Below the pieces are notes generated by a model. It did not search any database, had not been told where the DNA came from, and was given only the letters and a program-made list of their open reading frames with translations. The position numbers and the translations under genes were made by a program. This document shows, piece by piece, positions 27,746 through 36,250 of a stretch of 64,000 bases of DNA. This stretch comes from Bacillota bacterium (GTDB lineage Bacteria; Bacillota; Dethiobacteria; DTU022), in assembly GCA_011389985.1 (NCBI GenBank), contig JAABTH010000008.1, positions 43,581-107,580 of the forward strand, in the 5' to 3' direction. Within the stretch, counting starts at the first letter, position 1. Each line of letters opens with the position of its first letter.

Positions 27746-28739
27746 TTAAAGCCACTCCTTTTAGCTCATGAATCAAGGTGTTAAACTGATCAGGGGTCAA
27801 CGACTGAGGTCCGTCTGATAAAGCTTCCTGTGGATTAGGATGAACCTCAACCATCAGTCCATCAGCTCCGGCTGCGAGTGCCGCTTTGCTCATTGCAGGC
27901 ACCAAACCGGACAAACCGGTGCCGTGGCTAGGATCAACTATAACGGGGAGATGGCTAAGCTGTTTTACCAGTGGAACAGCACTCAAGTCAAGAGTGTTGC
28001 GGGTGTATGGTTCAAAGGTACGAATGCCGCGTTCACAAAGTATGACTTCGTAGTTGCCACCGGAAAGAATATATTCTGCCGCCATCAACCATTCTTCAAT
28101 TGTCGCAGAGAACCCACGTTTAAGCAAAATTGGTTTACGTATTTTACCCAGTTCACGCAGCAGGTAATAATTCTGCATATTACGCGCACCCACCTGTATG
28201 ATATCGGCACATTCGGCAACTTCATCAACTGTAAACTGATCCATAACCTCAGTAACTATAAGCAGTCCGGTTTTTGAACGAACATCATTTAAAAATTGCA
28301 AGCCTTCCTGCTCAAGCCCCTGGAAACTGTAAGGGGATGTGCGGGGTTTGAATGCTCCAGCCCGTAAAACCTTAGCCCCGGCTTTCTTAACCGCTTCGGC
28401 CGCCTGCAACAGCTGGTCTTCATTTTCAATTGCACATGGTCCAGCCATTACAACAAGTTCTGTCCCGCCAATTGTAATATCACCGACATTAATCACCGTA
28501 TTGTCAGGGTGAAACTCTCTTCCGGCCAATTTGTAGGGTCGGGTAATGAAAACCACTTTTTCAACATCAGGCATGGCTTCCATCGCCTGGGCTACTTCTT
28601 CCCGGCGCTGACCGATTACTCCAATTACAGTCCGGTTTTCGCCAGTTGAAAGGTGAACACCATAACCCATACTTTTTAGTTTGTCGGTGATAATAGTAAC
28701 TTCTTTTTCTCCAACACCGGGGTTCATAACTACAATCAT
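27726..28739 (-). CDS. aroF: DAHP synthase, type I-beta, with N-terminal regulatory domain
   Basis: [42 protein letters not shown] motifs. Confidence 0.95.
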   Translation of the reverse strand: MIVVMNPGVGEKEVTIITDKLKSMGYGVHLSTGENRTVIGVIGQRREEVAQAMEAMPDVEKVVFITRPYKLAGREFHPDNTVINVGDITIGGTELVVMAGPCAIENEDQLLQAAEAVKKAGAKVLRAGAFKPRTSPYSFQGLEQEGLQFLNDVRSKTGLLIVTEVMDQFTVDEVAECADIIQVGARNMQNYYLLRELGKIRKPILLKRGFSATIEEWLMAAEYILSGGNYEVILCERGIRTFEPYTRNTLDLSAVPLVKQLSHLPVIVDPSHGTGLSGLVPAMSKAALAAGADGLMVEVHPNPQEALSDGPQSLTPDQFNTLIHELKGVALSVGRLI

Positions 28740-28798
28740 TATATGGATCCTCCTCGTGATACTCTTCCTGTCAGGGGTTTAGCTTAGTTATATCCCTA

Positions 28799-30181
28799 TT
28801 AAATAGCAGTAAATGATTTGCGCGCTTGAAACCGGCCATGGCCTGCTTTGCCTACATACCTGCCGTTATCAAATACCAGGGTGCCGCGGGACAATACTTT
28901 AATTGGTACTCCCTGTCCCCTGAATCCTTCGTAAGGATTATAATCAACATTCTGGTGTTGGTTATCGGCACTTATTGTAAATGGCATATGGGGATCAAAA
29001 ACTACAAGATCTGCTTCACTGCCTACAGCAATGGTTCCTTTCTGCGGGTAAAGACCGAACAATTTAGCCGGTGCGGTGCTGACCAGATCAACCATTTTAT
29101 TAATACTGATTCGGTTTTCAAGAACTCCTCCGGCAAATAAAAGCTGAACTCGGGTTTCCACTCCCGGAGCGCCATTTGGGATTTTTGTAAAATCATTGCG
29201 TCCCAGTTCTTTCTGTTCTTTTAAGTTGAAGGAACAATGATCAGATGCAACAACCTGCAGATTGCCGGAATCAAGGCCACTCCAGAGGTATTCATTATTT
29301 CCGGCTTCCCGAAGTGGAGGCGACATTACATATTTGGCTCCGCCAAAATCAGGTTCATTATAAAGCTCAAGATCGAGAAATAGATACTGGGGACAGGTTT
29401 CAGCATAAATGGGCAGTCCCTGCAGTCTTGCTTCGGCAACTCTATTTAGCGCTCCCCCGTCGCTTAGATGAACAATATATGCAGGCGCTCCGGCTAAAGC
29501 AGCCATGGTAATATACCGGTTAACAGCCTCTTCTTCTGCCTGGGGGGGACGGCTTAGGGCATGATAGAGAGGCTCTGTCTGGCCTTTGGCTAGCATTTCC
29601 TTTGTCAAAACATCAATGACATCGCCATTTTCAGCGTGAACAAGAACTAGCCCGCCTGCTTCGCCTGAAGTTTTTAAAACTCTGAGCAGGGTAGCATCGT
29701 CAACCTGGAAAACTCCTTTATAAGCCATGAATACCTTGAAAGAAGGGTAACCTTTTTCAACCAGCTCAGGAATTTCTGCCAGCACAGCATCATTAAGATC
29801 AGTTACAGCAACATGAAATCCGTAGTCAACTGCGCATTTGCCTTCAGCTCGTTCATGCCAAACTTGTAGAGCTTCTTCAAGAGATTTTCCCGGAGTCTGA
29901 AGAGCATAATCAATTATGCATGTAGTTCCACCGGCTGCTGCTGCTGTAGTTCCTGTGGTAAAATCATCTGCAGTTACTGTTCCCCCAAAGGGCATATCCA
30001 AATGAGTATGAACATCTATCGCTCCTGGAAAAATAAGCTTTCCATCTGCATCGATTACCATATTTGCAGAAGCTGAAGATTTCGCTTCAATTGCTAAAAT
30101 AGTTTCATCTTCAATTAGTATATCTGCTCTATAGCTTTCGGAGGCTGTAACCAAAGTTCCATTTTTAATTAATGTTCTCAT
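28799..30181 (-). CDS. hydA: Dihydropyrimidinase (D-hydantoinase)
   Basis: DVHTH, SFKVFMAY, HAENG, VHLS, ASDHCSF, IPNGAPG motifs. Confidence 0.93.
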   Translation of the reverse strand: MRTLIKNGTLVTASESYRADILIEDETILAIEAKSSASANMVIDADGKLIFPGAIDVHTHLDMPFGGTVTADDFTTGTTAAAAGGTTCIIDYALQTPGKSLEEALQVWHERAEGKCAVDYGFHVAVTDLNDAVLAEIPELVEKGYPSFKVFMAYKGVFQVDDATLLRVLKTSGEAGGLVLVHAENGDVIDVLTKEMLAKGQTEPLYHALSRPPQAEEEAVNRYITMAALAGAPAYIVHLSDGGALNRVAEARLQGLPIYAETCPQYLFLDLELYNEPDFGGAKYVMSPPLREAGNNEYLWSGLDSGNLQVVASDHCSFNLKEQKELGRNDFTKIPNGAPGVETRVQLLFAGGVLENRISINKMVDLVSTAPAKLFGLYPQKGTIAVGSEADLVVFDPHMPFTISADNQHQNVDYNPYEGFRGQGVPIKVLSRGTLVFDNGRYVGKAGHGRFQARKSFTAI

Positions 30182-30213
30182 TTAAATTCCTCCTCCTGTA
30201 TCAGTAGAGTGCC

Positions 30214-31101
30214 TTATGGGGCGCAAATATCCCCATAGGTTTCAGGGCGGCGATCCCGGAAAAATTGCCATGTATTCCTGACTTCTTTAATCAGATCAAG
30301 ATCAGCATCACCGATTACCACTTCATCATCCTCACGGCTGCCTTCGGCTATTAACTGCCCCCGGGGGTCGCAGAGATAGCTGCTGCCATAGAAGTGTCCC
30401 ATATTCCAGGGGGCTTCTACACCAACACGGTTTATTGCCCCTATAAAACAGGCGTTAGCAACAGCTTGGGCAGGTTGTTCCAGCTTCCAGAGATATTCTG
30501 ATAGTCCTGCCACTGTAGCAGAAGGGTTAAACAATATTTCTGCTCCGTTTAACCCCAGGATTCTGGGACCCTCAGGGAAATGACGATCGTAGCAGATATA
30601 AACTCCTATTTTGGCATAAGCAGTTTCAAATACGGGATGGCCGAGATTGCCCGGTTTGAAATAAAATTTTTCCCAGAAACCGGTAGCCGAAGTTTTACCG
30701 GCCTGCACGTGAGGTATATGAATTTTGCGGAATTTACCGAGATATTTTCCATCGGCATCGATAACTGCAGCTGTATTATAATACACTCCCGTAATAGTTT
30801 CTTCATAGAGAGGCACGACAATCACCATTCCATATTTTTTTGCCTGTTCCTGCATTAGTCTGGTCGTTGGCCCATCAGGGATCCTTTCGGTTGCTTCATA
30901 CCATTTTGTACTCTGTTCAGCACAAAAATAAGGTCCGGTAAATATCTCCTGTAAACATACAATCTGTGCTTTCTTTTCAGCTGCCTCTTTAATCATCTTC
31001 AAGTGCTTCTCAATTGCTTTTTCATGATGTTTAGCTACCGGTTCGTCACCATGCACTTCATGTTTCGCCTGGATTAACGCCACTCTCACCATTCTGCTCA
31101 T
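30214..31101 (-). CDS. pydC: Beta-ureidopropionase (nitrilase-family carbon-nitrogen hydrolase)
   Basis: Catalytic triad LQEIF / RKIHIP / ICYDRHFPE; FWEKFYFKPG; FFRDRRPETY; adjacent to hydA. Start set to ATG 31101. Confidence 0.85.
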   Translation of the reverse strand: MSRMVRVALIQAKHEVHGDEPVAKHHEKAIEKHLKMIKEAAEKKAQIVCLQEIFTGPYFCAEQSTKWYEATERIPDGPTTRLMQEQAKKYGMVIVVPLYEETITGVYYNTAAVIDADGKYLGKFRKIHIPHVQAGKTSATGFWEKFYFKPGNLGHPVFETAYAKIGVYICYDRHFPEGPRILGLNGAEILFNPSATVAGLSEYLWKLEQPAQAVANACFIGAINRVGVEAPWNMGHFYGSSYLCDPRGQLIAEGSREDDEVVIGDADLDLIKEVRNTWQFFRDRRPETYGDICAP

Positions 31102-31144
31102 TGGAAAGCCTCCTAACATAGTGATAAATTTTTCTCAATCTTTA

Positions 31145-32176
31145 CTAATTGTTTTTAATTAACAGCTCCGCAATCTGAATTGAATTTGTGGCTGCACCTT
31201 TGCGAATATTGTCTGAAACAACCCAGAGATTAAGCCCATGGGCGATTGAATGATCCGTACGAATTCGGCCGACAAATACCGCATCATTGTCATCTGCATC
31301 AATTGGCATAGGATATGCAAGCTGCTTTGGGTCATCAATTATCTTAATACCGGGCGCTTTGCCAAGAATATCGCGAGCTTCATCAGCTGATAAAGGTTTA
31401 TCAAATTCTACATTTAACGCAATTGAGTGACCTTTTACGACAGGAAGGCGGACTGTTGTAGCCGTTACAGGAAGATGGGGCAATTCCATAATTTTTCTTG
31501 TTTCACGAATCATCTTCATCTCTTCCTTGCAATAACCACCCTCTACAAATATGTCAATCTGGGGTACACAGTTAAAAGCCAGCTGGTAATTTTTAAGTGC
31601 TCCTTTGTGCGGTATGCGTTCAGTCGGCACAGGGCTGTTATCTAATACAGCACGGCATTGCGCATACAGTTCATCTACTGCCTCTTTGCCGGCACCTGAC
31701 ACTGCCTGATAAGTTGCTGCAACTACCCTCTTTATCCCTGCAGCTTTCTGAAGGGGTTGCAAGGCTACAACCATTTGTATTGTTGAACAGTTTGGATTAG
31801 CGATAATGCCTTTGTGGACAAACGCGCTATCCGGGTTTACTTCCGGAACTACCAGGGGGATTTGATCATCCATTCTAAAAGCGTTGCTGTTATCAATTAC
31901 AACTGCGCCCCGAGCAACTGCTTCTTTGGCAAAATCCTTACTGATTGACTCACCTGCGCTAAAAAAAGCAAAATCTACTCCTTCGAAAGATTCTGCAACT
32001 AGTTCTTCAACAACATATATTTTTCCACCGGCTTCAATTTCGCTGTCTGCCGAGCGGGAAGAAGCGAGAAGTTTAAGCTCAGAAATTGGGAAATTTCTTT
32101 CCAAAAGCACTTCGATCATTTTTTGCCCAACCATTCCGGTTGCACCTACCACTGCTACATTATATTTTTTGGTCAT
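31145..32176 (-). CDS. asd: Aspartate-semialdehyde dehydrogenase
   Basis: VGATGMVG, DNSNAFRM, IANPNCSTIQ, YQAVSGAG, DNIRKGAA motifs. Confidence 0.96.
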   Translation of the reverse strand: MTKKYNVAVVGATGMVGQKMIEVLLERNFPISELKLLASSRSADSEIEAGGKIYVVEELVAESFEGVDFAFFSAGESISKDFAKEAVARGAVVIDNSNAFRMDDQIPLVVPEVNPDSAFVHKGIIANPNCSTIQMVVALQPLQKAAGIKRVVAATYQAVSGAGKEAVDELYAQCRAVLDNSPVPTERIPHKGALKNYQLAFNCVPQIDIFVEGGYCKEEMKMIRETRKIMELPHLPVTATTVRLPVVKGHSIALNVEFDKPLSADEARDILGKAPGIKIIDDPKQLAYPMPIDADDNDAVFVGRIRTDHSIAHGLNLWVVSDNIRKGAATNSIQIAELLIKNN

Positions 32177-32223
32177 CTGTATTCCCTCCAGGAGTAATTT
32201 TAAAAGTACTAGTTGTGATAATT

Positions 32224-32688
32224 TTATTCCGGTTCACTGCATTCTGTTGGTTTATCTTCAATAAAACCTGTGATAACCGGCTTATAACGCGGGTTATCCT
32301 TTACTCTTTTATCCCATTTACGGATAAAAAAATAAACTAAAGCCATAAGAGCAAAACCGGCAGATACAGCAGGTAATTCCTGTCTTCCATCAAGGCCAAA
32401 ATAGGGGGAAACCAGTGTTAACCAAACCACAATACCTGCTACAAGGGCAAAGATGGGAACCATGTAGAGCATGAAAGCTAATAATATAATCTGACTATCA
32501 TCAGACTCAAGCAAAACTCTTTGTCCTTTTTTAGCATTGATCGGATTAAGCGCTTCAACAATCACTTCTCGTTTATTTGATCCGCTTAATAAACCACAGC
32601 GGCCGCACTTTTCACAGACAAGATGGCGCTGAAGATTAATTAAAGCTGTTTCACCTTTATTTTCTGTCACCAAGCCGTACTGCTCCAT
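32224..32688 (-). CDS. rseC: RseC/MucC family protein (SoxR-reducing system)
   Basis: MEQYGLV.., CEKCGRC, A.N.I.AK.GQRV, LYMVP and two C-terminal TM helices. Confidence 0.8.
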   Translation of the reverse strand: MEQYGLVTENKGETALINLQRHLVCEKCGRCGLLSGSNKREVIVEALNPINAKKGQRVLLESDDSQIILLAFMLYMVPIFALVAGIVVWLTLVSPYFGLDGRQELPAVSAGFALMALVYFFIRKWDKRVKDNPRYKPVITGFIEDKPTECSEPE

Positions 32689-32777
32689 AGTTAAATGCCT
32701 CCCGCAACTATGCTTTGTTAGTTTTATGCTGTTAAATTATCTTAGCATAACAGCACTTTAGTAACAAGTATTGAATA

Positions 32778-32866
32778 GGCGGACACCCTTGCCCTCAGCT
32801 AGTGGTTCTTGCTGACAAGCCCACAGCGGACTTTCACCGCCAGGCTAACACCCATGCCGAACACAC
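32778..32866 (-). mobile_element. Group II intron (class IIC) 5'-end fragment, no RT ORF
   Basis: Minus strand GTGTGTTCGGCATGGGTGTTAGCCTGGCGGTGAAAGTCCGCTGTGGGC...ACTAGCTGAGGGCAAGGGTGTCCG. It has the GUGYG boundary and class-C domain I motifs, and starts right after a terminator hairpin. Confidence 0.75.
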
Positions 32867-32867
32867 C

Positions 32868-32901
32868 AAAAAAGGTGCTTTCCTGAAACAGAAAACACCT
32901 T
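32868..32901 (-). terminator. Rho-independent terminator of the etf-hdr-flx operon
   Basis: AAGGTGTTTTCTG-ttt-CAGGAAAGCACCTT followed by TTTT. Confidence 0.75.
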
Positions 32902-32952
32902 CTGTTTTTATTTTGTTTTGGTATATCAATAAACCTGTCCTTTTATCTCAAT

Positions 32953-33801
32953 CTAGGCAAATGCTTCGGGGATATCTTTTAAAACAGCATAACTGAAAAC
33001 AGGACCGTCTTTACATACGTACATACCTCCGGCATTACAACGACCGCACTTGCCAATACCACATTTCATCCTGTTTTCCAGGGTTGTATAAATCTGCTCG
33101 TCTGCAAAACCCAGTTTTTTAAGATTTTCGAGAACAAAGCGAATCATAATCGGCGGACCACAGGTGATTACGATTGTGTCCTCTGGCGAAGGGTTAAGAT
33201 CCAGTAGCATTTGTGGCACAAAACCGACATTGTGTCCCCAACCTTCTTCCTCAACATCAATCGTGAGATGACAGGAAAGACCATCAGACTTACTCATCTC
33301 TTCAAATTCACCTTTAAAACAAAGATCACCTGAAGTCCTGGCACCATAGATCATTGTTAATCCGGCATATTTGTCGCGGTTTGCCTTAACATATTCTACA
33401 ACCGGGCGAAGCGGCGCCTGACCAACTCCTCCTCCGACAGTCAGGATCTGCTTACCATGCCAGTCATCTACAGGGAAGCTATTACCATAAGGACCTCTGA
33501 CCATCATTTTATCACCGGGTTCTAGCTGGTGCAGCGCCTGGGTTACTTTACCCATTTTCATTACTGAAAATCGTAAAAATTCACCCTCCGTTGGTGAACA
33601 GGAGATGGAAATCATGCTTTCACCCACTCCCAAAATTCCGATCATGGCACACTGACCCGGACGGTGGTTCCAGTTGGTCCGGACATCTTCATCATCAAAA
33701 ACCACTTTAAAGGTTTTGATACAGCGATCACCGCCGGTTTCATACCAGGTTTCTTCAACAGTAGCCGTATAAGGAATGTAAGGGTTTTCAGCAGTCATCA
33801 T
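32953..33801 (-). CDS. flxA: FAD/NAD(P)-binding oxidoreductase with [2Fe-2S] (FlxA/AsrB-like)
   Basis: PGQ, GESMISI, RGPYGN, GGGVGQAPLR, CGPPIM, MKCGIGKCGRC..C motifs. Confidence 0.85.
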   Translation of the reverse strand: MMTAENPYIPYTATVEETWYETGGDRCIKTFKVVFDDEDVRTNWNHRPGQCAMIGILGVGESMISISCSPTEGEFLRFSVMKMGKVTQALHQLEPGDKMMVRGPYGNSFPVDDWHGKQILTVGGGVGQAPLRPVVEYVKANRDKYAGLTMIYGARTSGDLCFKGEFEEMSKSDGLSCHLTIDVEEEGWGHNVGFVPQMLLDLNPSPEDTIVITCGPPIMIRFVLENLKKLGFADEQIYTTLENRMKCGIGKCGRCNAGGMYVCKDGPVFSYAVLKDIPEAFA

Positions 33802-34811
33802 AGCGCCTCCTTTACCTGCCTCAGTATTTCAACAATGTCAATATTGACAGGGCAGAGGTTTATACACCGGCCACAGCCAACGCAGGCAATGACATCAAAC
33901 TTATCTACATAATAATTATATTTGTGGTTAATCCGGTTCCTGGTCCGTTCCCGGCGTGTAGGTCGGGGATTATGACCTGAAGTATGAAGGGTATATTCTT
34001 CAAACATGCAGGAATCCCACATACGGCAGCGTCTTGCTTCAAAGCCTTCCGTCTCATCCTGTATGTCAAAACAGTGACAGGTCGGGCAGAGATAAGTGCA
34101 GGTTCCACAACCAAGACATGAGGCCGAAACACTCTTCCAGAGGGGATCTTCCCACAAACCCGGAAGGCCTTCCGGAATACCTTTATGATCAACCGAGCGC
34201 TTTATCTTTCCTTCAGATTCTGAAACCATTTTCTTTTTCATCTTTATTTTTTCAGTATCTGCTTCAATAAGCAGCTCGCTTACTTCGCTTACGAGCGCTT
34301 CACCTTTTGGCGTAATGGTTTCCAACAGATAACTGTCGCCGAGGTCAACCATAAGCAAATCCAAACCCTCAGTTGATGCAGGGCCACCGCCAAGGGAGGT
34401 GCAAAAACAATTTAACCCAGGCTCTGAACAGGCAAGGCCAACAAGGGTTACCAGTTCACGCCTTTTCAGGTAGTATGGATCGTCTACATCCCAGCTGAAA
34501 AGCTTGTCGACTATAACCATAGCCCTGGCGTCACAGGGTCTTATTCCAAGAAGAATCATTTCTTCTTTAAGTTCAGGTTCCTTCATTTCAAAATCTCCAA
34601 GCTGAAAACGGTACATGGTTTCAGTTTGGGGAAATACGATATTTTTTGGGGGAATCCTGGTATTGCCATCTGTCAATTCAGGCACTTCATCTTCTGCCAC
34701 AGGGGCAAAACGCATCGCTTCACCTTCAAGTTTTGGCGCCCAAAGGTTTTTACCGGTCAGTTTTCCGATAAATTCAGGCCACTTCTCTTTATTTAACAGC
34801 ATCGCTGACAT
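33798..34811 (-). CDS. flxB: 4Fe-4S dicluster protein (FlxB/AsrA-like)
   Basis: GIRPCD, CFC, CLGCGTCTYLCPTCHCF, WDSC, CVGCGRCINLCP motifs. Confidence 0.82.
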   Translation of the reverse strand: MSAMLLNKEKWPEFIGKLTGKNLWAPKLEGEAMRFAPVAEDEVPELTDGNTRIPPKNIVFPQTETMYRFQLGDFEMKEPELKEEMILLGIRPCDARAMVIVDKLFSWDVDDPYYLKRRELVTLVGLACSEPGLNCFCTSLGGGPASTEGLDLLMVDLGDSYLLETITPKGEALVSEVSELLIEADTEKIKMKKKMVSESEGKIKRSVDHKGIPEGLPGLWEDPLWKSVSASCLGCGTCTYLCPTCHCFDIQDETEGFEARRCRMWDSCMFEEYTLHTSGHNPRPTRRERTRNRINHKYNYYVDKFDVIACVGCGRCINLCPVNIDIVEILRQVKEAL

Positions 34812-34822
34812 ATCACCCACCT

Positions 34823-35803
34823 CTACAGTATGAAGTCCTCGGGATCATCAGGCTTAAAGCTGGCCTGGAACGGCTCGGCCTCGGGATCTACCCCTGGCTC
34901 AAAGCCGTATTTGTCCCGAACTTCCCTGGCCATTTTACGGTTTAGCTTGCCCAGGGGAATATTAGCCGGGCAAACCCGCTCGCACTCACCGCATTCGATG
35001 CAGCGACCGGCCAGGTGAAAAGCCCGGGCAATGTTGAAAGCTGTATTCTCGGAAAAATTGACCGCACGATTAACCCAGGTAGGATTTAGACGATCAAGAA
35101 TGCAATCCTGACAATAGCAAAGCGGACAGACATTACGGCAACTATAACAGCGGATACACTTTGAGAACTGCTCTTCCCAGTAAGCCTGACGCTCTTCAAG
35201 GTTTTTACCTTCAATCTCTTCAACACCATTATCATCAGCTAATGTCCATGGTTCAACTGGTTCGCCAACTGTAATATCACTGATTACCGGGTTAGGATGC
35301 CGGCAAAGACGACATTTTTCTGCAAGGAATTGATCTCTGGGAAGCTCAGTCTCTTTATCGTCGCAAAGCAGGACAAAATTTTCTCCATTCCATTCAACTT
35401 CAGCAGGTTTCCCTTGCTCCGGGTATTTTTCAGCAAGTTTTTCCGTGTCAACAACACCCGGGCAGGGGCAGCCGACAACTATAACCTGATCACGATTAAT
35501 ACCATGCTCTACAATAAGCTGCGTTACAGCGCGGCTGTCACATCCCTTGACCAGCAGGGCAACTTTACGTTTATCGGCTTCCTGGCCTCGCGGCAGTGGT
35601 GTTTTCTCAACAAGGGTCAGGTATGTAGCCAGGTTGGCAGTGCAGAGGGGCGAAAATAGCAACTCTGCAGCGCCGGAGGCATCTTCGACGAAAACAGGGG
35701 CAACCCTGTAACCGTAAGAACCCTGCTTCCACCCAATCAGGTACTTAACATCTTCACGGACCACTACCTCTGCCGCGGTTTTGCGTAACTGTTCCAGATC
35801 CAT
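34823..35803 (-). CDS. flxC: 4Fe-4S dicluster protein (FlxC-like)
   Basis: KGCDSRA, KCRLC, KCIRCYSCRNVCPLCYCQDC, HLAGRCIECGECERVCP motifs. Confidence 0.82.
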   Translation of the reverse strand: MDLEQLRKTAAEVVVREDVKYLIGWKQGSYGYRVAPVFVEDASGAAELLFSPLCTANLATYLTLVEKTPLPRGQEADKRKVALLVKGCDSRAVTQLIVEHGINRDQVIVVGCPCPGVVDTEKLAEKYPEQGKPAEVEWNGENFVLLCDDKETELPRDQFLAEKCRLCRHPNPVISDITVGEPVEPWTLADDNGVEEIEGKNLEERQAYWEEQFSKCIRCYSCRNVCPLCYCQDCILDRLNPTWVNRAVNFSENTAFNIARAFHLAGRCIECGECERVCPANIPLGKLNRKMAREVRDKYGFEPGVDPEAEPFQASFKPDDPEDFIL

Positions 35804-35818
35804 CTTCTAATACCCCTC

Positions 35819-36250
35819 CTACCAGTCGATCTGCCGACGTCTGAAACCTTCAAAGGGACCGGCTTCTCGCGCTTCTTCGACGGTTTTTTCCACAACTTCT
35901 TTCCACTTGTGACCTTCGGAGGCCGATACCCAACTCATATGGAACCTTTTTGGATCGACACCAACAAATTCCATCAGGTCTTTTAACATGCCCATGCGGC
36001 GCCGAGCATAAAAATTGCCTTCCATATAATGACAGTCGCCAGGATGGCAACCCGATATCAGCACACCGTCTGCTCCCTGCTGCAGGGCGTTCATTACATA
36101 AAGAGGATTTACCCGTCCGGAACACATCACCCGTATAACCTGGATGTTGGCCGGGTAGTGCACCCGGCTTGTTCCGGCCAGGTCGGCCCCTGCATAAGAG
36201 CACCAGTTACATAGAAATGCTACAATATTAGGTTCATAGTTCTCGCTCAT
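35819..36250 (-). CDS. mvhD: MvhD/FlxD [2Fe-2S] subunit
   Basis: FLCNWCSYAGAD, RVMCSGRV, GADGV, GCHPGDCHY, WVSASEG motifs. Confidence 0.92.
   Translation of the reverse strand: MSENYEPNIVAFLCNWCSYAGADLAGTSRVHYPANIQVIRVMCSGRVNPLYVMNALQQGADGVLISGCHPGDCHYMEGNFYARRRMGMLKDLMEFVGVDPKRFHMSWVSASEGHKWKEVVEKTVEEAREAGPFEGFRRRQIDW

Noticed and set aside
32802-32996. 64-aa ORF between rseC and flxA
   Set aside because: It spans the intron stub and terminator on the opposite strand and has no SD.
32953-34811. Anaerobic sulfite reductase asrAB call
   Set aside because: No siroheme AsrC subunit; the hdrA-mvhD context fits Flx.
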